Shown one piece after another: positions 19,726 to 29,818 of a stretch of DNA of 64,000 bases (position 1 is its first letter; the number at the start of each line of letters is the position of its first letter). The notes beneath the pieces were generated by a model. That model searched no databases. It was not told the origin of the DNA and was given only the letters and a program-made list of their open reading frames with translations. This DNA is from Dehalococcoidia bacterium. GTDB lineage: Bacteria; Chloroflexota; Dehalococcoidia; Bin125. Location of the stretch: contig CAXXSR010000001.1 in the NCBI GenBank assembly GCA_963662615.2, forward strand, positions 1,920,001-1,984,000, read 5' to 3'. The translations under genes were made by a program, and so were the position numbers.

Positions 19726-20442
19726 TCAACGAACCGTCTGGTTGGCACCATCATCGTCGGGCGTGCTCGCGGTGGCAGGCAGATAGCGTAGGAACCAGTC
19801 GCGCGCCCGGCTCGCCACCCGGTCCAGCGCGCCCGGCTCTTCGAAGAGGTGCGTGGCGCCGGGGACGATTTCCAGTTTCTTCTCTGTGCGCAACTTCGCC
19901 AGCGCGTCCCGGTTCATCGCGATGACCGGGACGTCGGCTCCTCCAACGATGAGCAGCGTGGAGGCGCGGACCTGCGAGAGCGCGGCGCCGGCGAGGTCCG
20001 GCCTGCCGCCGCGGGACACGACCGCGCGGACGTTCGCAGGGCGCTCCACCGCCGCCATCAGCGCCGCCGCCGCGCCGGTGCTGGCGCCGAACATGCCAAT
20101 ATCGAGCGCGCGCGTGTGAGGATGCTCCGCCAGCCACTCGACCGCGCCGGCCAATCGGGTCGCGAGTAACTTCACGTCGAAGCGCAGCTCGGCGGTACGA
20201 GCGTCAATCCGCTCTTCTGCCGGGGTCAGGAGGTCCATGAGGAGCGTCGCCAGGCCGGCCTCACGGAGCGTCGCGGCCACCGCTCGATTCCGGGGGCTCA
20301 AGCGGCTGCTCCCGCTTCCGTGCGCGAAGAGAACGACGCCCAGCGGCCTTGCGGGCAGGCCCAAGGCGCCTGCCAGCGACAAGCCGGCGGCGGGGACCTG
20401 AACGTCCCGCACGTCGTGACTCTCGGCCGCCGCCTCAGTCAT
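19726..20442 (-). CDS. Dienelactone hydrolase-like alpha/beta hydrolase
   Basis: FAHGSGSSRLSPRN, FGASTG, VSRGGRPDLA, PGATHLFEEPG. Confidence 0.85.
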   Translation of the reverse strand: MTEAAAESHDVRDVQVPAAGLSLAGALGLPARPLGVVLFAHGSGSSRLSPRNRAVAATLREAGLATLLMDLLTPAEERIDARTAELRFDVKLLATRLAGAVEWLAEHPHTRALDIGMFGASTGAAAALMAAVERPANVRAVVSRGGRPDLAGAALSQVRASTLLIVGGADVPVIAMNRDALAKLRTEKKLEIVPGATHLFEEPGALDRVASRARDWFLRYLPATASTPDDDGANQTVR

Positions 20443-21232
20443 GGCCCAGCGCCCGTGGCGGCGAGCCGGCGGAGGCATCAGGCCCGCGATCGGGGCGCCT
20501 GAGACGCGCCAGAATCCGGGCCGGATAATCGCCGCAGATCGCGTCGACGCCGGCATCGCGGACCCGCTCGATGTCGGCGGGCTCGTCCACGCTCCAGGTG
20601 TAGACCTGCAGGCCACGCCCGTGGGCCTCTTCTACCGCGGCAGGGCTGACCATGGCATGTGCCAGGCTCACCGCTGCGAAGCCCGCTCGCGCCGCCACAT
20701 CGATGTGCGACCGGTACCCGTATCGGGGGGCGGAGTCCGGCGCGACCAGCAGGGCGACCGGCACCTGCGGCATCTCGCTTCGGCAGGCGACGCCGATGTC
20801 GGGATCGAACGCCCAGATCCAGCACCAATCGGCGGCGGCGGCATCGTTGACCAGCCGCCCCACTGTGCTCTCAATCCCGGCTTCCTTGATTTCCATGACC
20901 AGCAGGCAGCGGCCCACCGTCCGGGCGAGCGCCTCCGCCAGAGTGGGGACGGGCTGCGGTGCGACCCGGCCATGCGGGTCGGTCACGCGCAGCGATCGCA
21001 AGGCGCGGGCGGAGAGCGCGGAAAGTTCGCGTGGGTCGCCCGTCGTTCGCGCCAACGAGGAGTCGTGGAGGAGGACGGGGCGGCCGTCTCGGGTCGCGCG
21101 GACGTCGACCTCCACGCCGTCGGCGCGGTCCGCGATCGCCGCATCAATCCCCGCCAGGGTGTTCTCCGGCATGGCGCCGGCGTTCGTGCGGTGAGAGATC
21201 ACGAGCGGGCGTCGGCTGGGCTGTTGGCTCAC
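20435..21232 (-). CDS. Glycerophosphodiester phosphodiesterase
   Basis: ISHR..PENT, EVDVRATRDG..LLHD, EIK, YTWSVD, GVDAICGDYP; GAGGAG RBS before GTG 21232. Confidence 0.85.
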   Translation of the reverse strand: MSQQPSRRPLVISHRTNAGAMPENTLAGIDAAIADRADGVEVDVRATRDGRPVLLHDSSLARTTGDPRELSALSARALRSLRVTDPHGRVAPQPVPTLAEALARTVGRCLLVMEIKEAGIESTVGRLVNDAAAADWCWIWAFDPDIGVACRSEMPQVPVALLVAPDSAPRYGYRSHIDVAARAGFAAVSLAHAMVSPAAVEEAHGRGLQVYTWSVDEPADIERVRDAGVDAICGDYPARILARLRRPDRGPDASAGSPPRALGHD

Positions 21233-21438
21233 GTCTGCTCCTCGCCGCCTCGGACCCCTTGAGGGACCAGGCCCCTTCACTCGCGGCGCTCGCCCGGTTC
21301 GGCTGCGATGACACGAGCGCCGGCGAAGTGCTCCTCAGCCTCATCGGGAGACCAGAGTAGCGCGATCGTGCGCCGGCGACGGCGAGCCGGGGTCCCGACC
21401 GCTGGTCGCGCGCCGACCGGCTCAGCTACGCTTCGGGA

Positions 21439-22545
21439 GTGACAGCGAGCGTCGTCCCCACGCGCTACTGGCATGCGCTGCCCGACGGGCGGGTCCAGTG
21501 CGATATCTGCCCGCGTGCCTGCAAGCTGCACGAGGGGCAGCGGGGATTCTGTTTCGTCCGTGCGCGCCAGGACGACCAGGTGGTCCTAACTTCCTACGGC
21601 CGCTCGAGCGGGTTCTGCGTCGATCCGATCGAGAAGAAGCCGCTCGATCATTTCCTGCCCGGCACCTCGGTCCTCTCCTTCGGCACCGCAGGGTGCAACT
21701 TGGGCTGCGGCTTCTGCCAGAACTGGGACATCAGCAAGTCCCGCGAGATCGACACACTTGCCGACGCCGCAGCGCCGGAGACGATCGCGCGGGCGGCGCG
21801 GGAGCTGGGCTGCCGCAGCGTCGCCTTCACCTACAACGACCCGGTGATCTTCCACGAGTACGCGATCGACGTGGCGCAGGCGTGTCACGAGGCCGGGATC
21901 AAGTCCGTGGCCGTCACCGCCGGATACATGTGCGCCGAGCCACGCGTGGAGTTCTACCGCTACATGGACGCCGTCAACGTCGATCTCAAAGGCTTCACGG
22001 AGGATTTCTACCACCGCGTCTGCATGGGTCATCTGGAGCCGGTGCTGGAGACGCTGGAGTACATCCACCACGAGACCGATGTCTGGTTGGAACTGACCAC
22101 ACTACTCATCCCCGGCCTTAACGATTCCGCAGAGGAGATCGACCGGCTCAGCAACTGGGTCGCGGAGCATCTGGGGCCATTGGTGCCGATCCATTTCACC
22201 GCCTTCCACCCGGATTGGAAGATGCTGGACCGTCCGCCCACGCCCCCGGAGACGTTGCAACGAGCGCGCCGCGTGGCGATGGAGAACGGGCTGCGCTACG
22301 TCTACACCGGCAACGTTCACGATCCCGAAGGCAACAGCACCTCCTGCGACCGATGCGGGACGCAGATCATTGGGCGGGTTGGGTACACGATTACCGCCTG
22401 GGAACTCAGCGACGACGGCCGCTGTCTCGCCTGCGACGCGCCCTGCCCGGGTGTCTTCGACGGTCCTCCAGGATCCTGGGGCTCCCGTCGGTTGCCCGTG
22501 CGCCTGGCCGACTTCGCGGAGAGCGATCGCCGTTCCCGTCCCTGA
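21439..22545 (+). CDS. amrS: AmmeMemoRadiSam system radical SAM enzyme
   Basis: CDICPRAC..CFVR, DPIEKKPL, CNLGCGFCQNW, FTYNDP, YVYTGNV. Confidence 0.9.
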   Translation: MTASVVPTRYWHALPDGRVQCDICPRACKLHEGQRGFCFVRARQDDQVVLTSYGRSSGFCVDPIEKKPLDHFLPGTSVLSFGTAGCNLGCGFCQNWDISKSREIDTLADAAAPETIARAARELGCRSVAFTYNDPVIFHEYAIDVAQACHEAGIKSVAVTAGYMCAEPRVEFYRYMDAVNVDLKGFTEDFYHRVCMGHLEPVLETLEYIHHETDVWLELTTLLIPGLNDSAEEIDRLSNWVAEHLGPLVPIHFTAFHPDWKMLDRPPTPPETLQRARRVAMENGLRYVYTGNVHDPEGNSTSCDRCGTQIIGRVGYTITAWELSDDGRCLACDAPCPGVFDGPPGSWGSRRLPVRLADFAESDRRSRP

Positions 22546-22800
22546 TTAGACGACGTTCTGCAGGGGATGCCCCCGTCTGAGATTTTCGACGTTCTTGGCC
22601 ACGGCTCGCGCCATTAGGTCGTACGAGTAGTCCGTCACCCCGGCGATGTGCGGTGAGGCGATGCGGACGGGTGGCCGCTGCCCAGATCTTCCCGTCCGGC
22701 CCCGGCGAGGCCGCCGACGCCGTGGGCAATCGCTCATGTGCGAAGCGGTTGCCTCCCTGGCGCGGTGAAGCGACACGCCGGCGACCTGCCCGTCAGAATC
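22546..22800 (-). pseudogene. C-terminal remnant of D-2-hydroxyacid dehydrogenase
   Basis: ASPHIAGVTDYSYDLMARAVAKNVENLRRGHPLQNVV; upstream part degenerate. Confidence 0.6.
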
Positions 22801-22833
22801 GGCTCTTGACGCCTGCTCGCGCTCAGGATTATT

Positions 22834-22851
22834 GTTCACTATATGGTTAAC
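22834..22851. promoter_or_regulatory. Imperfect palindrome over the ArsR start (likely auto-operator)
   Basis: GTTCACTAT|ATGGTTAAC, 7/9 symmetric, in an AT-rich patch overlapping ATG 22843. Confidence 0.55.
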
Positions 22852-23169
22852 TATTCGGCCAGCCTCGATCGCAGCTTTCTCGCCCTGGCCCACCCCCTGC
22901 GGCGGGGCATCATAGAGCGGCTGGCCCGCGGCCCAGCCAGCGTGGGCGAAGCGACCCAGGGCTTCGCCATCTCCAAGCCGGCGATCAGCAGGCACCTCAA
23001 GGTGCTGGAGGACGCCGGGATCCTCGTTCGCGAGGTCCAAGGGCGAACCCATCGGCTCGACGTCGACCAAGGACCTCTGACCGAGGCCGCGACGTGGATC
23101 GAGCATCACCGAGGTATCTGGGAAAGAACGTTCGACGCCGTCGAACGGCATCTATCCGAGCAACCGTAG
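22843..23169 (+). CDS. ArsR/SmtB family regulator
   Basis: FLALAHPLRRGIIERL..SKPAISRHLKVLEDAGIL. Confidence 0.9.
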   Translation: MVNYSASLDRSFLALAHPLRRGIIERLARGPASVGEATQGFAISKPAISRHLKVLEDAGILVREVQGRTHRLDVDQGPLTEAATWIEHHRGIWERTFDAVERHLSEQP

Positions 23170-23196
23170 CCTCCAGAAACTGGGAAGGAGATTGGC

Positions 23197-23664
23197 ATGG
23201 CGGAAACAGGGGCGGAGACCGAGATCAGCTTGCGGCTCTCGCGCAGCTTCGACGCACCCAGGGAGAGGGTCTTCGAGGCCTGGACCGACCCCTCAGTCCT
23301 GAAGCGCTGGTGGAGCGCGCAAGAGAGTTGGGACTGTCCGCTGGCGGAGGTCGACCTGCGTGTCGGCGGCCAGTACAAGCTCTCCATGCGGGATCCGGAC
23401 AGCGGCCAGGTGCACACCGTCAGCGGGGAGTACACCTCGATCCGGCCGCCGGAGCATCTCGCCTACACCTGGTCGTGGGAGGGAGACGTCCAGGGGCACG
23501 GGGGAGGCGAAGCGACGCTCGTGACCGTGGACTTCATAGAGGAAGGCGAGCGCACAACCGTCGTGCTCACCCACCGCGGATTCCAAAGCGAAGAGGTCCG
23601 GGACAGACACAGCCAAGGCTGGGGCGGCTGCTTCGCCAATCTCGGCCGGCGCGTCTTCGCCTGA
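23197..23664 (+). CDS. SRPBCC/AHSA1 domain protein
   Basis: FDAPRERVFEAWTDP..DLRVGGQY..YTWSW..HSQGW. Confidence 0.9.
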   Translation: MAETGAETEISLRLSRSFDAPRERVFEAWTDPSVLKRWWSAQESWDCPLAEVDLRVGGQYKLSMRDPDSGQVHTVSGEYTSIRPPEHLAYTWSWEGDVQGHGGGEATLVTVDFIEEGERTTVVLTHRGFQSEEVRDRHSQGWGGCFANLGRRVFA

Positions 23665-23696
23665 GGAGTTCAGCGGCGCCAATTGTCGATGGCGCG

Positions 23697-24683
<987 letters not shown>

Positions 24684-24766
24684 TTCGTTATCTCTCCTGC
24701 CTCAGACACGCGTCTCCCGTCCCCAGCCGTCCCCCGTCCCTTCGGATCGCAGGCAGCTTGCAAGGC

Positions 24767-25492
24767 CTACGCATCGCGCTGCTTCCCGGTCTTCTCCGCG
24801 AACAGCCGCCACGTCCGGTCGTTGAACGGGTAGTATCGCCCCGGCGAGCACTGCTCGCGTTGCAGCTGCTCTTTTACCACCTCTTCGACCTCTTCGTGCT
24901 CACGCGCCGTGGCGATCACCTCATCGACCATGCCGGCGGGGACGATGACAACGCCGTCATCGTCGCCGACGACCGCGTCCCCCGGCCGCACCAGCACGCG
25001 CCCGCACTGGGTGGCATCGTTGACCTGCCAAGGCCAGAACTCTCCGGGGCCTTGCTTGGCGGTGGTACCGGCCGAATACACCGGGAATCCATACCCCTTC
25101 AGGACCACGCTATCCCTGACAGATCCGTCGGTGACCAGACCGGCCGCACGGCGTTGCGCGAGACGCAGAAACTTGATGTCGCCGCCAATTGAGCTGCTGC
25201 TCCAGCCCATGGCGTCCACCACCAGCACTTCGCCGGGACCGCACAGCTCAAAGGCGACGTATTCGGCGGACTGCTCGCCCTGCGGCTTGTCTTCCGCGAT
25301 GTCGGGGCGGTGGGGCACGAAGCGCAAGGTCACGGCCCTTCCCGCCATCTTCTGGCCAAGCTGCAGCGGCCGCGCTCCCTCCACATAGCTCATGGGCCAC
25401 CCCTTCACCCAGAGTGCGTCGATAAGAGTCGCCGTGGGGATCGTGCGGAGCGCCGCGAGGGCGTCGTCACTGATCGATGGACGTTCAGGCAT
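24767..25492 (-). CDS. RraA family / HMG-aldolase-like protein
   Basis: AGRAVT, GGDI, TDGSVRD, VRPGDAVVGDDDGV. Confidence 0.85.
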   Translation of the reverse strand: MPERPSISDDALAALRTIPTATLIDALWVKGWPMSYVEGARPLQLGQKMAGRAVTLRFVPHRPDIAEDKPQGEQSAEYVAFELCGPGEVLVVDAMGWSSSSIGGDIKFLRLAQRRAAGLVTDGSVRDSVVLKGYGFPVYSAGTTAKQGPGEFWPWQVNDATQCGRVLVRPGDAVVGDDDGVVIVPAGMVDEVIATAREHEEVEEVVKEQLQREQCSPGRYYPFNDRTWRLFAEKTGKQRDA

Positions 25493-25674
25493 CGGGGCAC
25501 CTCCAAGCCGTTCGCTTTGATCGTGGCCGTCATTCTATGCAGTCGCCGCATCGGACGGCGAAACGCCCTGGCGCCGACAGCACGGAGCCGCGGCGCTGCA
25601 GCCGCTCCGGTGAGCAATCAGACCTCACCTGCGTGGCCCCGATGGCGCACGATCGTGAAATATACTGCTCTCTC

Positions 25675-25896
25675 TTTCAGGGCACGAGTCTAGGCGGCTC
25701 TTCTAGGCCCCATTGGGATTTACCAGTGTTCCGGCGCTGGGAGCGGAGGGTGAGCTGGACCTGGACGCACCAGGTCCGGCACGCGCTGGTTCGGCATGTG
25801 ATCGTCACCCGGCGCTTCGGCATCGAGGAGATCAACGAGGCGGCAGCGGCGTTGGAAGCCGGCGAGATCGCGGGGCTCGCCATCTTGGAGTTCTGA
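25675..25896 (+). pseudogene. C-terminal remnant of Zn-dependent alcohol dehydrogenase
   Basis: GTSLGGSSRPHWDLP..GELDLD (across frames) and VTRRFGIEEINEAAAALEAGEIAGLAILEF*. Confidence 0.55.
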
Positions 25897-26029
25897 GGGA
25901 GCGCCGCATCTCATCAATGAGCGACCCATACGCAACAGGACCGGGCTGGCCGAGACGGGAGCGCGACCTCTACGATTCGTGCGCGGTCGTGTGTCCGAGG
26001 CAAGCGGTCGATCAAAGTGAGGTAGCGGC

Positions 26030-26812
26030 GTGGCCCTTCCCCAAGATCGCGCGGAGGCCGCCGAGCTGCTCGGCGTCGCCGCCGACGCGTCCGAGAGCCT
26101 GATCAGCAGCCGCTATCGCACCCTGGCGCAGATCTTCCATCCCGATCTGAATCCCAACGCGCCCAGCGCCGACCTGCGGATGCAAGAGTTGAACGCTGCG
26201 CGCGACCTGCTGCTGCGGGGTCTGCGCCCGACCGGTTCGGCAGAGGACCCCCCGCAACAGGAGCGCCCGGGCGAGCAGGGGGCGTTGCAGACGAAGGAAG
26301 AGGCGCAGCGCATTCGCACGGTGATGCACCAGATGCCGTACGGCATCTACATCATTGGCACCACACGGGATGACGAGCCCAACGCCATGATCGCCGACTG
26401 GGTGATGCAAGTCTCTTTTGAGCCGCGTCTGGTGGCCGTGTCCATCGAGAACGACGCCTACAGCCTGGAGAGCGTCCGTCGGCACAAGGCCTTCACGATC
26501 AACTTGCTCCCCGAAGACGGGATGGAAGTCGCTGCCCGCTTCTTGCAGCCGCGAGACGGCTCGAAGATCCGGGGACGCAGCCCTGCAGTCGCCGCGCAGA
26601 CCCATAACAAGCTTGCCGGCACTGTCTATCGCACGACAGATCGCGGCTGCCCGATTCTTGAAGAGGCTCTCACCTGGCTCGAATGCGAGCCGGAACAGTT
26701 CGTCCCGGCTGGCGATCACACTTTGGTCGTGGGCCGCGTGGTCGACGGCGCCGTCTTGCGGGCGAGCGAGGCGCTCACCTCAACGTACACGGGATGGAAC
26801 TACAGCGGCTGA
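26030..26812 (+). CDS. J-domain (DnaJ) - flavin reductase-like fusion protein
   Basis: N-terminal LLGV..SRYRTLAQIFHPDLNP..MQELNAARDLL (HPD motif); C-terminal PYGIYII..WVMQVSFEP..CPIL..WLEC..GDHTLVVG. Confidence 0.85.
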   Translation: MALPQDRAEAAELLGVAADASESLISSRYRTLAQIFHPDLNPNAPSADLRMQELNAARDLLLRGLRPTGSAEDPPQQERPGEQGALQTKEEAQRIRTVMHQMPYGIYIIGTTRDDEPNAMIADWVMQVSFEPRLVAVSIENDAYSLESVRRHKAFTINLLPEDGMEVAARFLQPRDGSKIRGRSPAVAAQTHNKLAGTVYRTTDRGCPILEEALTWLECEPEQFVPAGDHTLVVGRVVDGAVLRASEALTSTYTGWNYSG

Positions 26813-27061
26813 CACGAAGTCAGCCCGTGTGGTCCGCAAGCGGCCCGGTGGGTGCGGAGACGGTGGAATCGCCGCTCGGGGGCCGGACACCTCATAGGAC
26901 AAAGGACGGGCTCTCGCTATATTTGCCGGGGCGCCGCTTGCGACCCCACCGGCGTCTCTCCCCTCACGGGGCAGGGCGCAGGGCCCCGCCGAGTTCCAGA
27001 ATCGGCCACGGCAGGTAAGCGCACCGGAACAGCCGCCAGGCTTCGCGCTTCGGGAGCCGTC

Positions 27062-28216
27062 ATGGATCTGCAAAGCTTTGATATCGATCCTGAGCGCGGA
27101 TTCCTGCCGCTCAGGGATCCGCTGCCCGCCCTGCCCTCGAACTACAGCGCCTGGGAGGAGATCGCGGCCGACCTGCCGAAGCTGCTGAGCGCCGGCGCCA
27201 TTCGCCGCGCGATTCAGCGCCTGCCGGCCCTCGACGCCGATGGTCTGGACGGTGACGTGCAGCGGCGACGGGCCATGCTCCTGCTCTCGTACCTGGGCCA
27301 CGCCTTCGTCTGGGGAGAGAGCCCGCCGTCGGATTCCCTCCCCGCCAGCGTCGCCATCCCGTGGCACGCGGTCGCCACCGCGCTGGGCCGCGCTCCTGTT
27401 CTTTCCTACGCCTCTTACGCGCTGGACAACTGGCGCCGGCTGGAACCGGCCGGTCCGATCGCCCTGGGGAACGTGGTGCTGCTCCAAAACTTCCTGGGCG
27501 GCATGGACGAAGAGTGGTTCATCCTGGTGCACGTTGAGATCGAATCGAAAGCCGCCGTCGCCATCAGCGCCATCTTTCAGGCAGCCACGTCAACGCCCGC
27601 TGACGACCTCTCGCAACTGGAAGATCATCTGTCGCGAGTAACGGCGGCCCTCGATCGGTTGAACGCCACGCTGGACCGCGTGCCGGAGCGTTGTGACCCC
27701 TACATCTACTACCGCCGCGTGAGGCCGTACATCCACGGCTGGAAGGACCATCCGGCCCTACCCAACGGCCTGACATACGAAGGGGTAGAGAAGTATCGCG
27801 GCGAGCCCCAGCGCTTTCGCGGTGAGACCGGTGCCCAAAGCTCCATCGTTCCGTTGCTCGACGCGGGGTTGGGGATTACGCATCAGGACGATGCGCTGGC
27901 GACGTACCTCCAGGAGATGCGACAGTACATGCCGCCGCGACACCGCGAGCTGATCGCGCACGTGGAGCGTCGGTCCGCCGTGCGAGAAGCCGTGCGAGAC
28001 TCCGGCAGCGCCGCCCTGCGGGAGGCCTACAACGCCTGCGTGCAGGCGCTGGCCGACTTTCGAAGCCGGCACCTGGAATACGCCAATCGCTACATCCATG
28101 AACAGAGCGAAGAAGAGCCGGCCAACCCCAGCACGGTCGGAACGGGCGGCACGCCCTTCATGCCGTACCTGAAGAAGCATCGCGACGAGACGTTGGCGCA
28201 CCTGATCCCGGAATAG
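27062..28216 (+). CDS. Indoleamine 2,3-dioxygenase
   Basis: RGFLP, LSYLGHAFVW, DEEWFILVHVEIE, GETGAQSS, MRQYMP, FRSRH (heme ligand), GTGGTPF. Confidence 0.88.
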   Translation: MDLQSFDIDPERGFLPLRDPLPALPSNYSAWEEIAADLPKLLSAGAIRRAIQRLPALDADGLDGDVQRRRAMLLLSYLGHAFVWGESPPSDSLPASVAIPWHAVATALGRAPVLSYASYALDNWRRLEPAGPIALGNVVLLQNFLGGMDEEWFILVHVEIESKAAVAISAIFQAATSTPADDLSQLEDHLSRVTAALDRLNATLDRVPERCDPYIYYRRVRPYIHGWKDHPALPNGLTYEGVEKYRGEPQRFRGETGAQSSIVPLLDAGLGITHQDDALATYLQEMRQYMPPRHRELIAHVERRSAVREAVRDSGSAALREAYNACVQALADFRSRHLEYANRYIHEQSEEEPANPSTVGTGGTPFMPYLKKHRDETLAHLIPE

Positions 28217-28297
28217 CCTGCCGCCGGCCTGAGGCGCTGGCGCATCCGCGCCGGCTCGGCCCGTCCTCCTCCCGCCCCCTCGCTCGCGACACTACGC

Positions 28298-28326
28298 TTG
28301 ATATGGAACGTATGTTCTATTATGAT
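28298..28326 (+). promoter_or_regulatory. Sigma-70 promoter TTGATA-N17-TATGAT with LexA box GAACGTATGTTC (28306-28317) in the spacer
   Basis: GAAC-N4-GTTC SOS box between -35 and -10, 30 nt upstream of imuB. Confidence 0.85.
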
Positions 28327-28355
28327 TCCCTCCGCCTGCCCGGGAGATTGCGACG

Positions 28356-29540
28356 ATGCAAATTGCTTGTCTCCTTGTGCCTGACTTCGGTCTGGCCTGT
28401 GAGCTGACGCGGCAGCCAACCCTGGCGGCCCAACCCGTGGCGCTCGCGGACGAAAGCGGCCGCCGGGTGGCTGAGGCCACGGCCGCCGCCCAGATGCGGG
28501 GGGTCCATCCCGGCATCAGCCTCCGCGAGGCGGTGGGCTACTGCCCCTTGCTGGCCGTCCTGGAGCCCCGCCCGGCCCGGCAGGCGCAGGCGCGGCAGTC
28601 GCTCGCGGCTGCGCTGGCCGCCATCAGTCCCCTTGTGGAAGAAACGGCGCCGGGCCTCCTCTACGCCGATTTGGGGGGGCTGCAGCGGCTCTATCCCGCC
28701 GTGGCCGATCTGGACCGCGCCATCCGCGCCCACACGCCCGCAGAGCTGCACCCGCGCTTGGGCATCGCCGCGCGAAAGTTCACGGCCTCCGTGGCCGCAC
28801 AGGCCGCCGGTGCTGACGGGACGCAGGCCGTGGCCGCCCAGGACTCCGCCACATTCCTGGCGCCACAGCCGATTGACTGGTTGCCGCTTGAGGAGGAGAT
28901 GCGATCCCGTCTGCGGCTCCTTGGTCTAGAGACCTTGGGCGCCTTGGCCGCGCTACCACGGCACGCCGTGGAAGCCCAGTTCGGCCTGATTGGAGGCTGG
29001 GCGTGGCAGGCCGCAAACGGGCTCGACCCCTCTCCAATCATTCCGCGCCGGGCCGAGGAGGGAATCAGCGAGGCTCTGGAAGCGCAGCCGCCGCTGGTGA
29101 GCAGAGAGGCCGTGGAGCACGGCGCAAAGCAGTTGCTTGCCCGCGCTCTCCGCCATCCGGCGGCTCAGGGCCGGTTCGTCCGCGCCCTCCAGCTCCACGC
29201 CATCACCGAAAACGAGCGGGTGTGGACGCACCGACACGTGCTGAAGGAGCCCTCAAGCGACCGCAGCCGCTTGTGGACCGTGATCCGTGCGGTCCTGGAG
29301 ACCGCCTCGTACCCAGGCCCCATTGCCACGCTGTCACTTGAACTTCTTGGGCTCACCGTTGAGAGCGGGATCCAGGCCAGCCTGTTCCCCGGCCAAATCC
29401 GGCATCGGGAGCGGCTGGGCGTCATGGTCCGGCAGCTGAAAGCCCGCTACAGGGAGAGCCCTGTGAAGCAACTGGTGGAGGTGGCGCCGTGCAGCCGAAT
29501 TCCCGAACGCCGTTACGCCCTCATGGACTACGACCCGTAG
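28356..29540 (+). CDS. imuB: ImuB, catalytically inactive Y-family polymerase homologue
   Basis: Y-family fold without catalytic acidic residues (IACLLVPDF; PLVEETAPG), clamp-binding-like QASLF, upstream of dnaE2. Confidence 0.8.
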   Translation: MQIACLLVPDFGLACELTRQPTLAAQPVALADESGRRVAEATAAAQMRGVHPGISLREAVGYCPLLAVLEPRPARQAQARQSLAAALAAISPLVEETAPGLLYADLGGLQRLYPAVADLDRAIRAHTPAELHPRLGIAARKFTASVAAQAAGADGTQAVAAQDSATFLAPQPIDWLPLEEEMRSRLRLLGLETLGALAALPRHAVEAQFGLIGGWAWQAANGLDPSPIIPRRAEEGISEALEAQPPLVSREAVEHGAKQLLARALRHPAAQGRFVRALQLHAITENERVWTHRHVLKEPSSDRSRLWTVIRAVLETASYPGPIATLSLELLGLTVESGIQASLFPGQIRHRERLGVMVRQLKARYRESPVKQLVEVAPCSRIPERRYALMDYDP

Positions 29541-29791
29541 GCCTGCCCACACCGATCAACGTCCGCGCCGATCCGTCCGGCGCGCCGCGCTCCATCGCCC
29601 GGCGGAGCGGTCGTGGGTGGGGCCTTGCTCACGCCGTCGATCGCGTGGACGAACGGTGGCGCATTGTGGACGAGTGGTGGCGGGAGACAGGCATCGCCCG
29701 GAGCTACTACCGCGTCGTGCTGGAGGACGGCCGCATGCTCACCCTTTTCCATGATGACGCCCACGACGGCTGGTTCCTCCAGCGTTACTAA
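29489..29791 (+). CDS. Small ImuB C-terminal-like (DUF6504-like) protein
   Basis: LRPVGLPTPINV..G.P..VDERWRIVDEWW..RSYYRVVLEDG..LF..W; GGAGGT RBS inside imuB; 52-nt overlap. Confidence 0.7.
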   Translation: MQPNSRTPLRPHGLRPVGLPTPINVRADPSGAPRSIARRSGRGWGLAHAVDRVDERWRIVDEWWRETGIARSYYRVVLEDGRMLTLFHDDAHDGWFLQRY

Positions 29792-29818
29792 GGCGGAGCA
29801 GGGAAGGGGAGAGATCTG

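Noticed and set aside
21277-21400. Possible gene tail (..WSPDEAEEHFAGARVIAAEPGERRE*) upstream of the GDPD
   Set aside because: Too short to assign to any family
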